A stretch of 64,000 nucleotides of DNA from an uncultured Alphaproteobacteria bacterium (GCA_902593125.1 CACJGU010000002.1:73274-137273), one strand, 5' to 3'. Numbered from the stretch's first letter, positions 1-9,667 are shown. A program made the numbers and translations. The notes: a model not told the origin generated them from the sequence alone.

Positions 1-108
1 TTTCAGTTATATATATTATTTTGTTAATAACTTTTTATTATAAACTAAAATCTTTTTATCAAATACAAATCCACTCTAATTATGTTAGTAAGTACCTATT
101 TTATTAAC

Positions 109-705
109 ATGATTACTCACAAAAAATATATATTAGCAAGCTCAAGTTTTTCTAGAAAAACAATACTTAAAAACTGCGGGTTCAATTTTGTACAGGTAAG
201 GCCAAGTTGTGACGAAGAAGTTATTAAAAAGCAAATCAAGAAAAAATCTAAACCAGAAGATGTTGCAAGAATCTTATCTTACCAAAAAGCAAAGAGTATA
301 AGTGAGAAAAAAAAATACTTTAATTATAATGTAATTGGATGTGATACCCTTATAAAGCTCGGAGACAAAATTTTTGACAAGGCCAAAAATAACAAAGAGG
401 CATTATTAAAAATTAAAAAACTTTCAGGAAAAAAACATAAAATAATTTCCTCTTTAACTATTTGTAATCAAGGATCAAAAATTTGGGAGTGTTCAGAAAC
501 AACAGTGGTTGAAATAAGAAAACTCACCACAAAACAAATTGAAGGGTATTTAAAAAAGTCTGGAAAACAAATACTTCAATCAGTGGGGTGTTATCAATTA
601 GAGGCACTCGGTCCTCAGATAATAAAAGATATAAAAGGTGATTTTTTTAATGTAATGGGCCTTCCTTTATTTAAGTTACTAAAATACGTTTTTAATGAAG
701 AATGA
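109..705 (+). CDS. maf: Maf-like nucleoside triphosphate pyrophosphatase
   Basis: The N-terminus 'KYILASSSFSRKTILKNCGF' and C-terminal 'GCYQLEALGPQIIKDIKGDFFNVMGLP' are Maf-family-like. The track ORF starts at 82; the internal ATG at 109 fits the family N-terminus better. The gene sits in the conserved maf-aroE-coaE-dnaQ block. Confidence 0.85.
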   Translation: MITHKKYILASSSFSRKTILKNCGFNFVQVRPSCDEEVIKKQIKKKSKPEDVARILSYQKAKSISEKKKYFNYNVIGCDTLIKLGDKIFDKAKNNKEALLKIKKLSGKKHKIISSLTICNQGSKIWECSETTVVEIRKLTTKQIEGYLKKSGKQILQSVGCYQLEALGPQIIKDIKGDFFNVMGLPLFKLLKYVFNEE

Positions 706-1487
706 AAAAATTTTTCGTTATTGGAAATAAAGTATCAAAAAGTTTATCACCAACAATTTTCAACTATTGGTTTAAAAAGCATAATATTGATGCACACTAT
801 GGCCACCTCGAACTGAATGATAAAAATTTTGAGTCAAAAATAAAAGAACTGCTTACAAAAAAGGATTTGGCCGGTCTTAATATTACAATACCATTTAAAC
901 AAAAAATAATGCGTCACATCATTGACTTTGATCAACACGCAAGAAAAATAAATGCTGTTAATTGTGTCTCAATTAAAAAAAAGACTAAAGGTTTTAATAC
1001 TGATTGGGAAGGTTATTATAAAACACTCCCAAGAATGAAGAATATTAAAAATAAAAAAATAATAATACTTGGATATGGAGGCGCAGCGCTTGCAATACAT
1101 TATCTCTTAAAAACCAAAGGTTGTAATAACATCACGGTTTTTAATAGAACTAAAAAAAAACTTAAATTTATTAAAAATACAAGATTTACTGAAAGCATTA
1201 AAGACTTGGACAAATACCTCAGTACAGCTGATATAATAATAAACACCACACCTAAAAATTTAATAAATTCTAAAAAAATAAAAATGATTAAAAAAACTAC
1301 ATTATTAAGCGATATTGTTTACAATCCTAAAGAAACAGATTTTTTAAGTTCATTTAAAGAAAATAAAAAAATTTATGGTATATCAATGTTAATTGAACAA
1401 GCGGCACTATCTTTCAAAATATGGCTTGGTTTCAAACCTTCTGTTGACAAAAAATTAGTCAAAATATTAGACAGAATAATTACATGA
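702..1487 (+). CDS. aroE: Shikimate dehydrogenase
   Basis: 'FVIGNKVSKSLSPTIFNYWF', 'NITIPFKQ' and a Rossmann-type 'ILGYGGAALAI' are present. Its start shares an ATGA overlap with the maf stop. Confidence 0.9.
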   Translation: MKKFFVIGNKVSKSLSPTIFNYWFKKHNIDAHYGHLELNDKNFESKIKELLTKKDLAGLNITIPFKQKIMRHIIDFDQHARKINAVNCVSIKKKTKGFNTDWEGYYKTLPRMKNIKNKKIIILGYGGAALAIHYLLKTKGCNNITVFNRTKKKLKFIKNTRFTESIKDLDKYLSTADIIINTTPKNLINSKKIKMIKKTTLLSDIVYNPKETDFLSSFKENKKIYGISMLIEQAALSFKIWLGFKPSVDKKLVKILDRIIT

Positions 1488-2080
1488 CAGTAGTTGTTGG
1501 AATTACAGGGGGTATTGGCTCTGGCAAATCCACATTTTCTGGAGAGGTTTTAAAAAGAGGGGGTAAATTATTAGATTCAGACAAAGAAGTAGATGTTTTA
1601 TATAAAAATCCAAAAAAAGAATTTATAGACTATTTAAAAAAAATAGGACTCGCCAAATCAATAAAAAATAAACAAATTAATAAAAAAATAATAAGAGATA
1701 TTATTTTTGATGATAAAAAGGTTAAATTAAAACTAGAAAAATATATCTTTAAAATAATTAGAAAAAAAAGAAAAATTTTTATCAATAAAGAAAAGAAAAT
1801 AGGTACAAAAACACTTTTTTTTGACGTCCCCCTATTATTTGAAAACAACCTAAAAAAGGATTTTGATATTATAATTTCAATTATTTCAACAAAGAAAAAC
1901 AGACTAAAAAGACTAAAGTTTTCAAAAAAAATAACCAAAAAAACATTTAAAAATATTTTAACTTTTCAAACATCAGACGTGATAAGAAAGAGTAAGTCTG
2001 ATATAGTTATTTACAATAATGGCACACTTGAAGACTTTATTAAAAAAACCAAAATTGTTTTAGATAGGATTATGGGGTGA
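1484..2080 (+). CDS. coaE: Dephospho-CoA kinase
   Basis: A P-loop 'VGITGGIGSGKST' lies at the N-terminus and the size is about 198 aa. It shares an ATGA overlap with aroE. Confidence 0.9.
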   Translation: MTVVVGITGGIGSGKSTFSGEVLKRGGKLLDSDKEVDVLYKNPKKEFIDYLKKIGLAKSIKNKQINKKIIRDIIFDDKKVKLKLEKYIFKIIRKKRKIFINKEKKIGTKTLFFDVPLLFENNLKKDFDIIISIISTKKNRLKRLKFSKKITKKTFKNILTFQTSDVIRKSKSDIVIYNNGTLEDFIKKTKIVLDRIMG

Positions 2081-2754
2081 GAGAGGTTGTAATAGATACT
2101 GAAACTACAGGCCTAAGCTTTAAATCTGGTGACAGAATTATTGAAGTTGGGTGTGTAGAACTAAAAAACCATGTGCCAACTGGTAAAACTTTACAATTTT
2201 ATTGTAAACCAGATAAAGAAATTTCAGATGGAGCAAAAAAAATTGTTGGAATATCTGATGATTTTTTAAAAAAACAAAAAACTTTTGAAGAAAATCATAA
2301 ACTTTTTCTAGATTTTATAAAAGAAGACATTCTTATTATCCACAATTCTGAGTTTGATATTGGTTTTATAAATAACGAACTATCTCTTATTGGAATTACT
2401 CCTCTTAAAAACCCAGTCGTGGATACTGTTTCCTTAGCAAGGGAGGTTCTGAATACAAGAATAGCAAACTTAGATTATTTGTGCAGAAGATTTGATATTG
2501 ACCTTTCTGACAGATCATTTCATGGAGCGTTATTAGATTCACAGCTTTTGGCATCTGTATACTTAGAATTAAGAGGTGGAAAGCAGTTTTCTATGAAATT
2601 AGATCCTGTATTTACCATAGACACAAATTCTCCAACTAATAACATCAATGAAGAAAAAACCAAAAAAATCATACTTTCTGCAGAAGATATATCATCACAC
2701 AAGGAAATGTTAAAAAAAATAAAAAATCCGATTTGGAATAAATTTAACTATTAA
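2077..2754 (+). CDS. dnaQ: DNA polymerase III epsilon subunit (3'-5' exonuclease)
   Basis: Exo motifs 'VIDTETTGL', 'IIHNSEFDIGFIN' and 'HGALLDSQLLASVYLEL' are present. The GTG start overlaps the coaE TGA. Confidence 0.9.
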   Translation: MREVVIDTETTGLSFKSGDRIIEVGCVELKNHVPTGKTLQFYCKPDKEISDGAKKIVGISDDFLKKQKTFEENHKLFLDFIKEDILIIHNSEFDIGFINNELSLIGITPLKNPVVDTVSLAREVLNTRIANLDYLCRRFDIDLSDRSFHGALLDSQLLASVYLELRGGKQFSMKLDPVFTIDTNSPTNNINEEKTKKIILSAEDISSHKEMLKKIKNPIWNKFNY

Positions 2755-2784
2755 TATCTTAAAAAGTAATTATATATTTATATT

Positions 2785-3372
2785 ATGGTTTATGGAGATT
2801 TACAGTTTTTCGACATAATATTATTTGCTGCTATTGCTGGTTTTATAATTTATAGACTTAGAAGTGTATTGGGAAAAAGAACGGGTTTCCAAAAAAAACC
2901 AACTGATCACCAACCAAAATATAAAGAGCTTAAAGAAGAAGAACAAAACCAAAAAATACCTTCATTACTTGATAATCAATTAAAACTTGAAACTGTTTAC
3001 AAGAACGTAAGCAATTTTGATCATAAACAATTTCTTGATGGGGCGAAAAAAGCTTTTGAAATTATCATAACCGCCTTCAACAACGGAGATAAAAAAACAT
3101 TAAAGAATCTTGTCTCACAAGATGTTTATAACGCATTTGAGAAAGCTATTGATGAAAACACGAATAATCCTTCTGCCCAGTTTTACTCTTTAATAATAGA
3201 TAGTGTAGAAAACGCAAAAGTTGAAAACAACACCATATCTATATCCCTAAACTTTATTAGTGAACAAATGTTAAATAATGATGAGGGAAAAATTGTAAAA
3301 AATAAAGACACATGGACTTTTGAAAAACCAACAAATTCCTCTAGCCCAATTTGGATTTTAACACAGACGTAA
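2785..3372 (+). CDS. Tim44-like domain protein
   Basis: It has an N-terminal TM helix followed by 'RLRSVLGKRTG' and a C-terminal NTF2-like region typical of alphaproteobacterial Tim44-like proteins. Its position after dnaQ is conserved. Confidence 0.7.
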   Translation: MVYGDLQFFDIILFAAIAGFIIYRLRSVLGKRTGFQKKPTDHQPKYKELKEEEQNQKIPSLLDNQLKLETVYKNVSNFDHKQFLDGAKKAFEIIITAFNNGDKKTLKNLVSQDVYNAFEKAIDENTNNPSAQFYSLIIDSVENAKVENNTISISLNFISEQMLNNDEGKIVKNKDTWTFEKPTNSSSPIWILTQT

Positions 3373-3375
3373 TTT

Positions 3376-3801
3376 TTGTTATTTTATAACCTAAAAAAAA
3401 GAATCAAAATAAATGAGGGTTATTGTGCCAGACCATACAAAGATCAATTGGGTTATTTAACAATTGGATACGGACATCTTATTATGCCAGGAGAAAAAAA
3501 ATATTTTCATCATAATTATACAAAAAAACACTTTGAAGAACTATTTGAGGTCGACTTTCATAAATCAGTTAGAAAATATAATAAGGAATTTAAAAAAAAA
3601 TATCATACCAAAAAAGATAAAGAGCTTCTTATAGAAATGATATACCAACTTGGCTCACAAGGTGTTTTAAAATTTAAAAAAATGCTTTTTTATTTAAATA
3701 AAAGACAAAAGTATATGACCTGCTTAGAAATGATGGATAGTCTATGGTATAAACAGACACCAAGCAGGGTTAATGATTTAATTAAAAACTTTGTTAAGTA
3801 A
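3376..3801 (+). CDS. T4-type (GH24) lysozyme-like protein
   Basis: It aligns by eye along T4 lysozyme: 'INEGYCARPYKDQLGYLTIGYGHL' (Glu, Asp and Thr equivalents of E11/D20/T26), 'MIYQLGSQGVLKFKKML' and 'SLWYKQTPSRVNDLIKNF'. It has a TTG start and no signal peptide. Confidence 0.8.
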   Translation: MLFYNLKKRIKINEGYCARPYKDQLGYLTIGYGHLIMPGEKKYFHHNYTKKHFEELFEVDFHKSVRKYNKEFKKKYHTKKDKELLIEMIYQLGSQGVLKFKKMLFYLNKRQKYMTCLEMMDSLWYKQTPSRVNDLIKNFVK

Positions 3802-3802
3802 A

Positions 3803-4330
3803 ATGGAGGATGAGTTTTTTTTAAAAAAGATGAAAGGCGTTAAAGCTTTTAAAAAAGATGAAAAATTCATTAAATTTGAAAAAAACAAAACTAAAACAGA
3901 GATAAAAGCAGAAAAAAACAACGTAACTGCAAAAAGAACTACACCCACAAAAAATAAAACTGATTTTAACTTAACATTTGGTGAAATAAACAAAGAGCTA
4001 AAAAGAGGAAAAGTAAAAATAGATAGACGCTTAGACCTTCATGGATATACGCTTAAAGAAGCAAATGATAAATTTAAAGATGAAGTAATCAAAAACTATA
4101 ACAAAAATAAGAGGTGTATGCTTGTAATTACAGGAAAAGGGGTTCTAAACAAATCAAACAAAAAAGAAGAGGATACACCAAAGCTTTATTATGGAAAAAT
4201 AAAGAACTCAATTTTGAACTGGATACATGACATAGAAATTAAAAATCTTATACTGACTTATCAAAATGCTGGAATTGAACATGGGGGTGATGGGGCAATT
4301 TTTATTTATTTAAGAAAAAGAAAAACCTAA
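3803..4330 (+). CDS. Smr domain protein
   Basis: The C-terminal Smr domain reads 'IDRRLDLHGYTLKEA...LVITGKG...GGDGAIFIYL'. The track start is TTG 3791; the ATG at 3803 is preferred. Confidence 0.8.
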   Translation: MEDEFFLKKMKGVKAFKKDEKFIKFEKNKTKTEIKAEKNNVTAKRTTPTKNKTDFNLTFGEINKELKRGKVKIDRRLDLHGYTLKEANDKFKDEVIKNYNKNKRCMLVITGKGVLNKSNKKEEDTPKLYYGKIKNSILNWIHDIEIKNLILTYQNAGIEHGGDGAIFIYLRKRKT

Positions 4331-5004
4331 GTTTTTTCTAATTTAAAAACCCTTTCTTTAAAATAAATTAATATTTTTTGAGGCAGAAAATCATCACCAA
4401 CAATAAATTCAATTTTTTTTAAATCATTTCTTTGATGATCAGCCCAGATATTTTTATAGTTATTAATGTTTAAAACTATCTTACTATCATCAACACCAAT
4501 ATCTTTTTTAAAAGTATATACTCTCCTGCCATCAATTGTGTTTGCTTCATTGCTTCCATTTAATATATTTAAAAAAGATGTAATTGGATCAAAATAAAGA
4601 TACAACTCTTCAAAATTAATACGTGAAAATTCTTTTTCAGTAGGATCTTGAAAAAGGTCAATTAAATAATCATCAAATATCATATTAACAATTTTTGTTT
4701 TCTTTCTGGTTTTCCAATACTGTTTATACTCTTCTGCTTTAAAAAAGTTTTTATTAATACTACCAAGAGAAATATAATGGCCTTCAAACTTATAGAGCGG
4801 AGTTAGAAATCCAGTATTTTTTAAACCTATCTCAGTCTGATAAACATTATTTTTAATAATTAAGTTCCAATTAAGATAACCAATTTTAATTCCTGCAGTA
4901 CTTATTTTGTATTCAACATTAAAGTTGTTTGCAGAAGAGGTATTAAAAAAAAATATTAAAACAATAATTAAAATTCTATTCAAATATAACCCCATAAATA
5001 TCAA
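4327..5004 (-). CDS. DUF3108-like periplasmic/outer-membrane protein
   Basis: It has a signal peptide and then a beta-rich region 'FNVEYKISTAGIKIGYLNWNL...YQTEIGLKNTG' resembling DUF3108. An alternative start lies at 4995. Confidence 0.5.
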   Translation of the reverse strand: MIFMGLYLNRILIIVLIFFFNTSSANNFNVEYKISTAGIKIGYLNWNLIIKNNVYQTEIGLKNTGFLTPLYKFEGHYISLGSINKNFFKAEEYKQYWKTRKKTKIVNMIFDDYLIDLFQDPTEKEFSRINFEELYLYFDPITSFLNILNGSNEANTIDGRRVYTFKKDIGVDDSKIVLNINNYKNIWADHQRNDLKKIEFIVGDDFLPQKILIYFKERVFKLEKT

Positions 5005-6382
5005 AATTTCTTTTTGTAAATTTTTGGTCAGGTGCTATTTTTTTAATAAGTTTATATTTATTTTCCAAATAATTAATGTCTGATGGTGAGCCAATTAATA
5101 AAAAATTCTTTTCTGTTTTACTCTTTAGAGGAGATGATATTTTAAAATGATTAGTTATCTCAGTATTTTTTTTATGAGGCATATAAAACTCTATATTTTT
5201 TTCTCTTAATTCATAACTCATACTTGAAAATAAAAGTCTATCTGAAATAACAATTCTTTCTACAGATTGATTTGATGATAAATTATAAATTTCTTTTGCA
5301 TAATTAGCCAATCCATTTATTCTGTTAAAAAAATTAAAAGGATAACTTGTTGCTATCATAATAAAAAAAACTGCACAAAAAGTAAAATTAAAAACGAAAT
5401 TGAGTATTTTTAAGATAGAATTTTTAATACCCATATAAAACAAAATAAATAAAGATATCAATGCTGGCGCAGCCCAATTAGCATTAGCTCTTACTATTAC
5501 CGCCTCTACAAAAACAATGATGATTATAGGTAGTGAGAATATTAATAAAATTTTTTGTAATCTATTTTTTTTTATTAAACTAAAAGCACCACCAAAAACA
5601 AGAAGTGGTCCTAGCATTAACACCTGAATAAATAAAAATTCTAAACCTCTAACTAAGTCAAATTCAATGTTTTCTAAATTAGCATTGTCTGAAGTATGAC
5701 TGAAGGTAATCCAACCGTTATTAAAATTCCAAATAATATTTGGCATAATAATTATAAAAACAGATAAAAAAGCTAAACTAAAGCCAAACAAATTATCTAA
5801 AAAAACTTTTCTAAAATTTTTATCTAATAAAATTAAGATAAATAAACAAATAATAAAATATACGGCTGCATATTTTGATAAAAAACCCAACCCCACAAAA
5901 ATACCTAAAAGTATGAAATTTTTTAATCTTTGTTCTCTACTAATTTTAATTAATTCATTGAGTGAAAGTGTCCAAAATAATAATAAAAAAAGATCAGTGC
6001 TAATTATAAAAGATGAAAAAGAAACAGCAGGTATAAATAAAAAAATTAAACAACCTGCCAACGAATCTTTCTTATTTAATCCAGAGTTAACTAAAAGGTT
6101 AAAAATACTCCATGCAATTAATAAATAAACAAAAGTTGGTAGAAGTTTTAATGAAACAAAACTACTACCTAACATTTCTGTATAAATTCGTATTATCCAA
6201 GACAAAAAAGGAGGCTTTGAAAAATAACCAAAGTGAATATCTTTAGACCACAGCCAATACTGTGCTTCATCACCAAATAAATTGAAAGTTGTAAAATTTA
6301 AGGCAACTATTTTTAATAATAGTAAAATAATAACCGATGGTAACAAGATTTTATTTGGCATAATATTTTTTATACAATTCAA
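4976..6382 (-). CDS. ArnT/PMT-like (GT39/GT83) membrane glycosyltransferase
   Basis: It is polytopic, with the first-loop 'GDEAQYWLWSKDIHFGYFSKPPFLSW' (DE motif) typical of polyprenyl-phosphate-sugar-dependent GT-C transferases. Confidence 0.75.
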   Translation of the reverse strand: MNCIKNIMPNKILLPSVIILLLLKIVALNFTTFNLFGDEAQYWLWSKDIHFGYFSKPPFLSWIIRIYTEMLGSSFVSLKLLPTFVYLLIAWSIFNLLVNSGLNKKDSLAGCLIFLFIPAVSFSSFIISTDLFLLLFWTLSLNELIKISREQRLKNFILLGIFVGLGFLSKYAAVYFIICLFILILLDKNFRKVFLDNLFGFSLAFLSVFIIIMPNIIWNFNNGWITFSHTSDNANLENIEFDLVRGLEFLFIQVLMLGPLLVFGGAFSLIKKNRLQKILLIFSLPIIIIVFVEAVIVRANANWAAPALISLFILFYMGIKNSILKILNFVFNFTFCAVFFIMIATSYPFNFFNRINGLANYAKEIYNLSSNQSVERIVISDRLLFSSMSYELREKNIEFYMPHKKNTEITNHFKISSPLKSKTEKNFLLIGSPSDINYLENKYKLIKKIAPDQKFTKRNFDIYGVIFE

Positions 6383-7685
6383 ACAAAATTATATTTAAAA
6401 TAACAATAAAAATCCCAGCAAAAAAAATGTCACTTAGAAAATGGCCACCAGCCATTATTCTAATTAAACCTAACACTAAGCCTGCAACAACACTTGCGTA
6501 GAGAAATATTATTTTTTTAGTAATTAAATATAGAATTATAATTGAAAACCCAACAGAGGCATCACCAGAAACAAAAGAACAATTACTCCCACAAGCATCA
6601 GTAATTTCATACCAAGGCGAAAAGGTTTCTTTTCCACCTAATTGTAAAACATCATCTGGTCTAGCCCTTCCCCATAAATTCTTAAGTATCAGATTTACGA
6701 GAATTAATACCCCAACAATTTGAGATCCCCACAACAAAAAAATTTCCTTGATAGAAAATTTATAATTAAAAAAAATTTTATCAATTTTAGCAAAGCGTCC
6801 AATTATTGGTATAACTAAAATATAAATAAGTATTAGTGGCAATAAAATATCTCGGAACAATATTGAAGTTAAATCAAAACTTTGTAAGGAAAACTGTGAT
6901 GCTCCGTAATAAAACAAACCTGAAATATACAAATCTATAGACGGGCCTGAAGTAATAAATACACAACTAATTACTAAAAATAATACATAGTTGTAAATTT
7001 CTGAATTGTTTTCAGGTAACAAATTTGAAAATTTAAATTGATTATATTTCTTTTCTAAAATTGTATTTATAACTTTAAATGATATAAGTGCCAATATAGC
7101 ACCAGCAACAATATCAGTAAAAAAGTGAGCACCAACAACCACTCTACTTAAAGCAATAACAGATGCTAAAAAATAAAAAAAGTATTTTAGCTTTGGAAAA
7201 GTGGCAACAAGAATGAAACAAACTATAAATATCGTTGATGAATGGCCTGAAGGAAAGGAATGAAAATTTGAGTCGAAAGTAAAAAAATTAAAACCAAAAG
7301 AGTCCTCAAAATTTGTGTGATTGGGTCTTGGTCTACCAACAATATGCTTCAGAACCTGTGTTACAATTCCAACAACTAAAATATAAAAAAAAGACGATAT
7401 AAAAAAATTACTTATTTTTTTTTGTTTCTCAATTTTTATAAAACCTAATTTATTGTTTAAATAAACAACACCAAATCCAATAATAGAAATCGCAAAATAC
7501 CAAGAGGAGCTTCCAAGCCTTGTTATGTCTTCAAAAAATTCTTTTAAATAAACACTATTAAGACTTTTATTAAAATCTTTAAAATAATTATAAAGTCCTA
7601 AATCTAAATTAAATGATATAAAAACATTTAAAGATATTATTAAAAGAACAAGCAGTTCAACTCTTATGTTTTTAAAAAGGCTCAT
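6351..7685 (-). CDS. Tandem PAP2 (acid phosphatase / lipid phosphatase) domain membrane protein
   Basis: It carries two full PAP2 motif sets. Set 1 is 'KHIVGRPRP', 'PSGHSS', 'SRVVVGAHFFTD'. Set 2 is 'KNLWGRARP', 'VSGDAS', 'IRIMAGGHFLSD'. Confidence 0.85.
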   Translation of the reverse strand: MSLFKNIRVELLVLLIISLNVFISFNLDLGLYNYFKDFNKSLNSVYLKEFFEDITRLGSSSWYFAISIIGFGVVYLNNKLGFIKIEKQKKISNFFISSFFYILVVGIVTQVLKHIVGRPRPNHTNFEDSFGFNFFTFDSNFHSFPSGHSSTIFIVCFILVATFPKLKYFFYFLASVIALSRVVVGAHFFTDIVAGAILALISFKVINTILEKKYNQFKFSNLLPENNSEIYNYVLFLVISCVFITSGPSIDLYISGLFYYGASQFSLQSFDLTSILFRDILLPLILIYILVIPIIGRFAKIDKIFFNYKFSIKEIFLLWGSQIVGVLILVNLILKNLWGRARPDDVLQLGGKETFSPWYEITDACGSNCSFVSGDASVGFSIIILYLITKKIIFLYASVVAGLVLGLIRIMAGGHFLSDIFFAGIFIVILNIILFELYKKYYAK

Positions 7686-7714
7686 TTTGTAACTTTTAAG
7701 AAATTAAACGAGCT

Positions 7715-9028
7715 TTACAATATAAACTTAGATAAGTCCTGACTTTTAATGAGCTCACCAAGACTTTCCTCAACGTATTCCTTATTAATTATTATTTTTG
7801 TTGGCCCAATATCAGATGCAGTAAAGCTAATCTCCTCTAGAAGCTTTTCCATAACTGTGTGCAGTCTTCTAGCGCCAATATTTTCAACATTTTGATTAAT
7901 TTCTGTAGACAATGTTGCTATAGTTTCAATCCCACTATCCTCAAATTCCAAATCTACCTTTTCTGTTCCCAACAAACCTTTGTATTGCTTTATCAAACTA
8001 TTTTGAGTTTCTGTTAGTATTAACCTAAAATCCTCCTTGCTAAGACTGTCTAACTCAACTCTTATAGGAAGTCTCCCTTGAAGTTCAGGAAGCATGTCAG
8101 CTGGTTTTGATAAATGAAATGCTCCTGATGCAATAAATAATATGTAATCAGTTTTTACAACACCATGTTTAGTTGTAACAGCAGTCCCTTCTATTAATGG
8201 AAGAAGATCTCTTTGGACACCTTCTCTAGACACGTCTGCACCACTTCTATCACTTCTCGATGTAATTTTATCAATTTCATCGATAAAGACTATTCCATTT
8301 TGCTCAACATCATTAAGCGCTCTTGTGTTAATTTTGTCTTGATCAAGTAATTTTTCAGTCTCTTCATTTAAAAGATAGGTGTGGGATTCTTTAACTGTCA
8401 TTTTTTTCATTTTTTTTTGCCCACTAAAACCCTTACCAAAAACATCTCCTAAATTTATCATACCCATCTGAGAACCAGGCATTCCAGGAATGTCCATAGT
8501 TGGTAAACTAAAATTAGCATTTGCTGAAACTGGTATCTCAACTTCTTTATCATTCAGTTCTCCAGAGCGGAGCTTTATTCTGAAGTTATCTCTAGTCGCA
8601 GGAGTAGAACTTTTTGAAACAAGAACATCTAAAATCCTTTCCTCAGCATTTTTTTCAGCTTTTGCCTTAACTTCTTTTCCCATTTCAATTTTAGTTTTGG
8701 TAATACTAATTTCTACTAGATCTCTAATAATTTGTTCAACATCTCTTCCAACATAACCAACTTCAGTAAATTTTGTTGCCTCAACTTTTATAAAAGGGGC
8801 ATTGGCTAATTTTGCAAGTCTTCTTGATATTTCTGTTTTTCCGCAACCTGTTGGTCCAACCATTAAAATATTTTTTGGAACAATTTCTTCTTTCAAAGAT
8901 TCCTCTAACTGTTTACGTCTCCACCTATTTCTTAATGCAACAGCAACAGCTCGTTTTGCCTTGTTTTGACCAATTATAAACTTATCTAGTTCAGAAACAA
9001 TTTCTCTAGGGCTAAAACTTGATTCCAT
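7715..9028 (-). CDS. hslU: ATP-dependent protease ATPase subunit HslU
   Basis: '[20 protein letters not shown]', Walker A '[15 protein letters not shown]' and '[10 protein letters not shown]' are present. Confidence 0.97.
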   Translation of the reverse strand: MESSFSPREIVSELDKFIIGQNKAKRAVAVALRNRWRRKQLEESLKEEIVPKNILMVGPTGCGKTEISRRLAKLANAPFIKVEATKFTEVGYVGRDVEQIIRDLVEISITKTKIEMGKEVKAKAEKNAEERILDVLVSKSSTPATRDNFRIKLRSGELNDKEVEIPVSANANFSLPTMDIPGMPGSQMGMINLGDVFGKGFSGQKKMKKMTVKESHTYLLNEETEKLLDQDKINTRALNDVEQNGIVFIDEIDKITSRSDRSGADVSREGVQRDLLPLIEGTAVTTKHGVVKTDYILFIASGAFHLSKPADMLPELQGRLPIRVELDSLSKEDFRLILTETQNSLIKQYKGLLGTEKVDLEFEDSGIETIATLSTEINQNVENIGARRLHTVMEKLLEEISFTASDIGPTKIIINKEYVEESLGELIKSQDLSKFIL

Positions 9029-9577
9029 TTATAACTCTATTGTTTCAGAAATTATATTGTGGTTTGTATATATACAAATATCAGCTGCTATATTTAAAGA
9101 CTCAACAGCAATCTCTTTTGCATCCATATCTGTATTTTTAATTAATGCCTTTGCAGCGCTGTTTGCATATGGCCCCCCAGAACCAATTGCTAAAATTCCA
9201 TCATCAGACTCTATAACATCGCCTGTACCAGACAATAATAGACTTACATCCTTGTCTGCAACAATCATCATAGCTTCTAACCTTCTTAAATATCTGTCTG
9301 TTCTCCAATCTTTAGCAAGTTCAACACAAGCTCGTTTTAGTTGATTTTTATATTGATCCAGTTTTCCTTCAAGCCTTTCAAATAAAGCAAACGCATCAGC
9401 TGTAGATCCAGCAAATCCAGAGATTACAGTTTCATCAACCCCTAATCTTCTAATTTTTTTTACATTTGACTTCATAACAGTATTACCCAAACTAGCTTGT
9501 CCATCTCCAGCAATAACGACCAAATTCTTTTTTCTAATACCTATAATAGTTGTAGACTTAATTTTATTTTTATCCAT
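9029..9577 (-). CDS. hslV: ATP-dependent protease subunit HslV
   Basis: '[28 protein letters not shown]' shows the N-terminal Thr protease signature. It lies immediately upstream of hslU. Confidence 0.97.
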   Translation of the reverse strand: MDKNKIKSTTIIGIRKKNLVVIAGDGQASLGNTVMKSNVKKIRRLGVDETVISGFAGSTADAFALFERLEGKLDQYKNQLKRACVELAKDWRTDRYLRRLEAMMIVADKDVSLLLSGTGDVIESDDGILAIGSGGPYANSAAKALIKNTDMDAKEIAVESLNIAADICIYTNHNIISETIEL

Positions 9578-9594
9578 ACGCTTATCCTGTCTAT

Positions 9595-9623
9595 AAAATG
9601 GCTATTTAATTATATTTATCAAG
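9595..9623 (-). promoter_or_regulatory. Sigma32 (RpoH)-like promoter candidate for hslVU
   Basis: On the minus strand, CTTGAT is followed by a 14-15 nt spacer and then (A)GCCATTT. The element ends about 18 nt upstream of the hslV ATG. It resembles CTTGAA...CCCCATnT. Confidence 0.4.
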
Positions 9624-9667
9624 TGATTTACCTAGAATAAATTCAATTTCGCTGATAATAGGCAAAA

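Noticed and set aside
3376-4330. A prophage remnant suggested by the T4-type lysozyme.
   Set aside because: There is no integrase, holin, capsid, tail or att-like repeat nearby. The gene is embedded in conserved housekeeping synteny with typical local composition.
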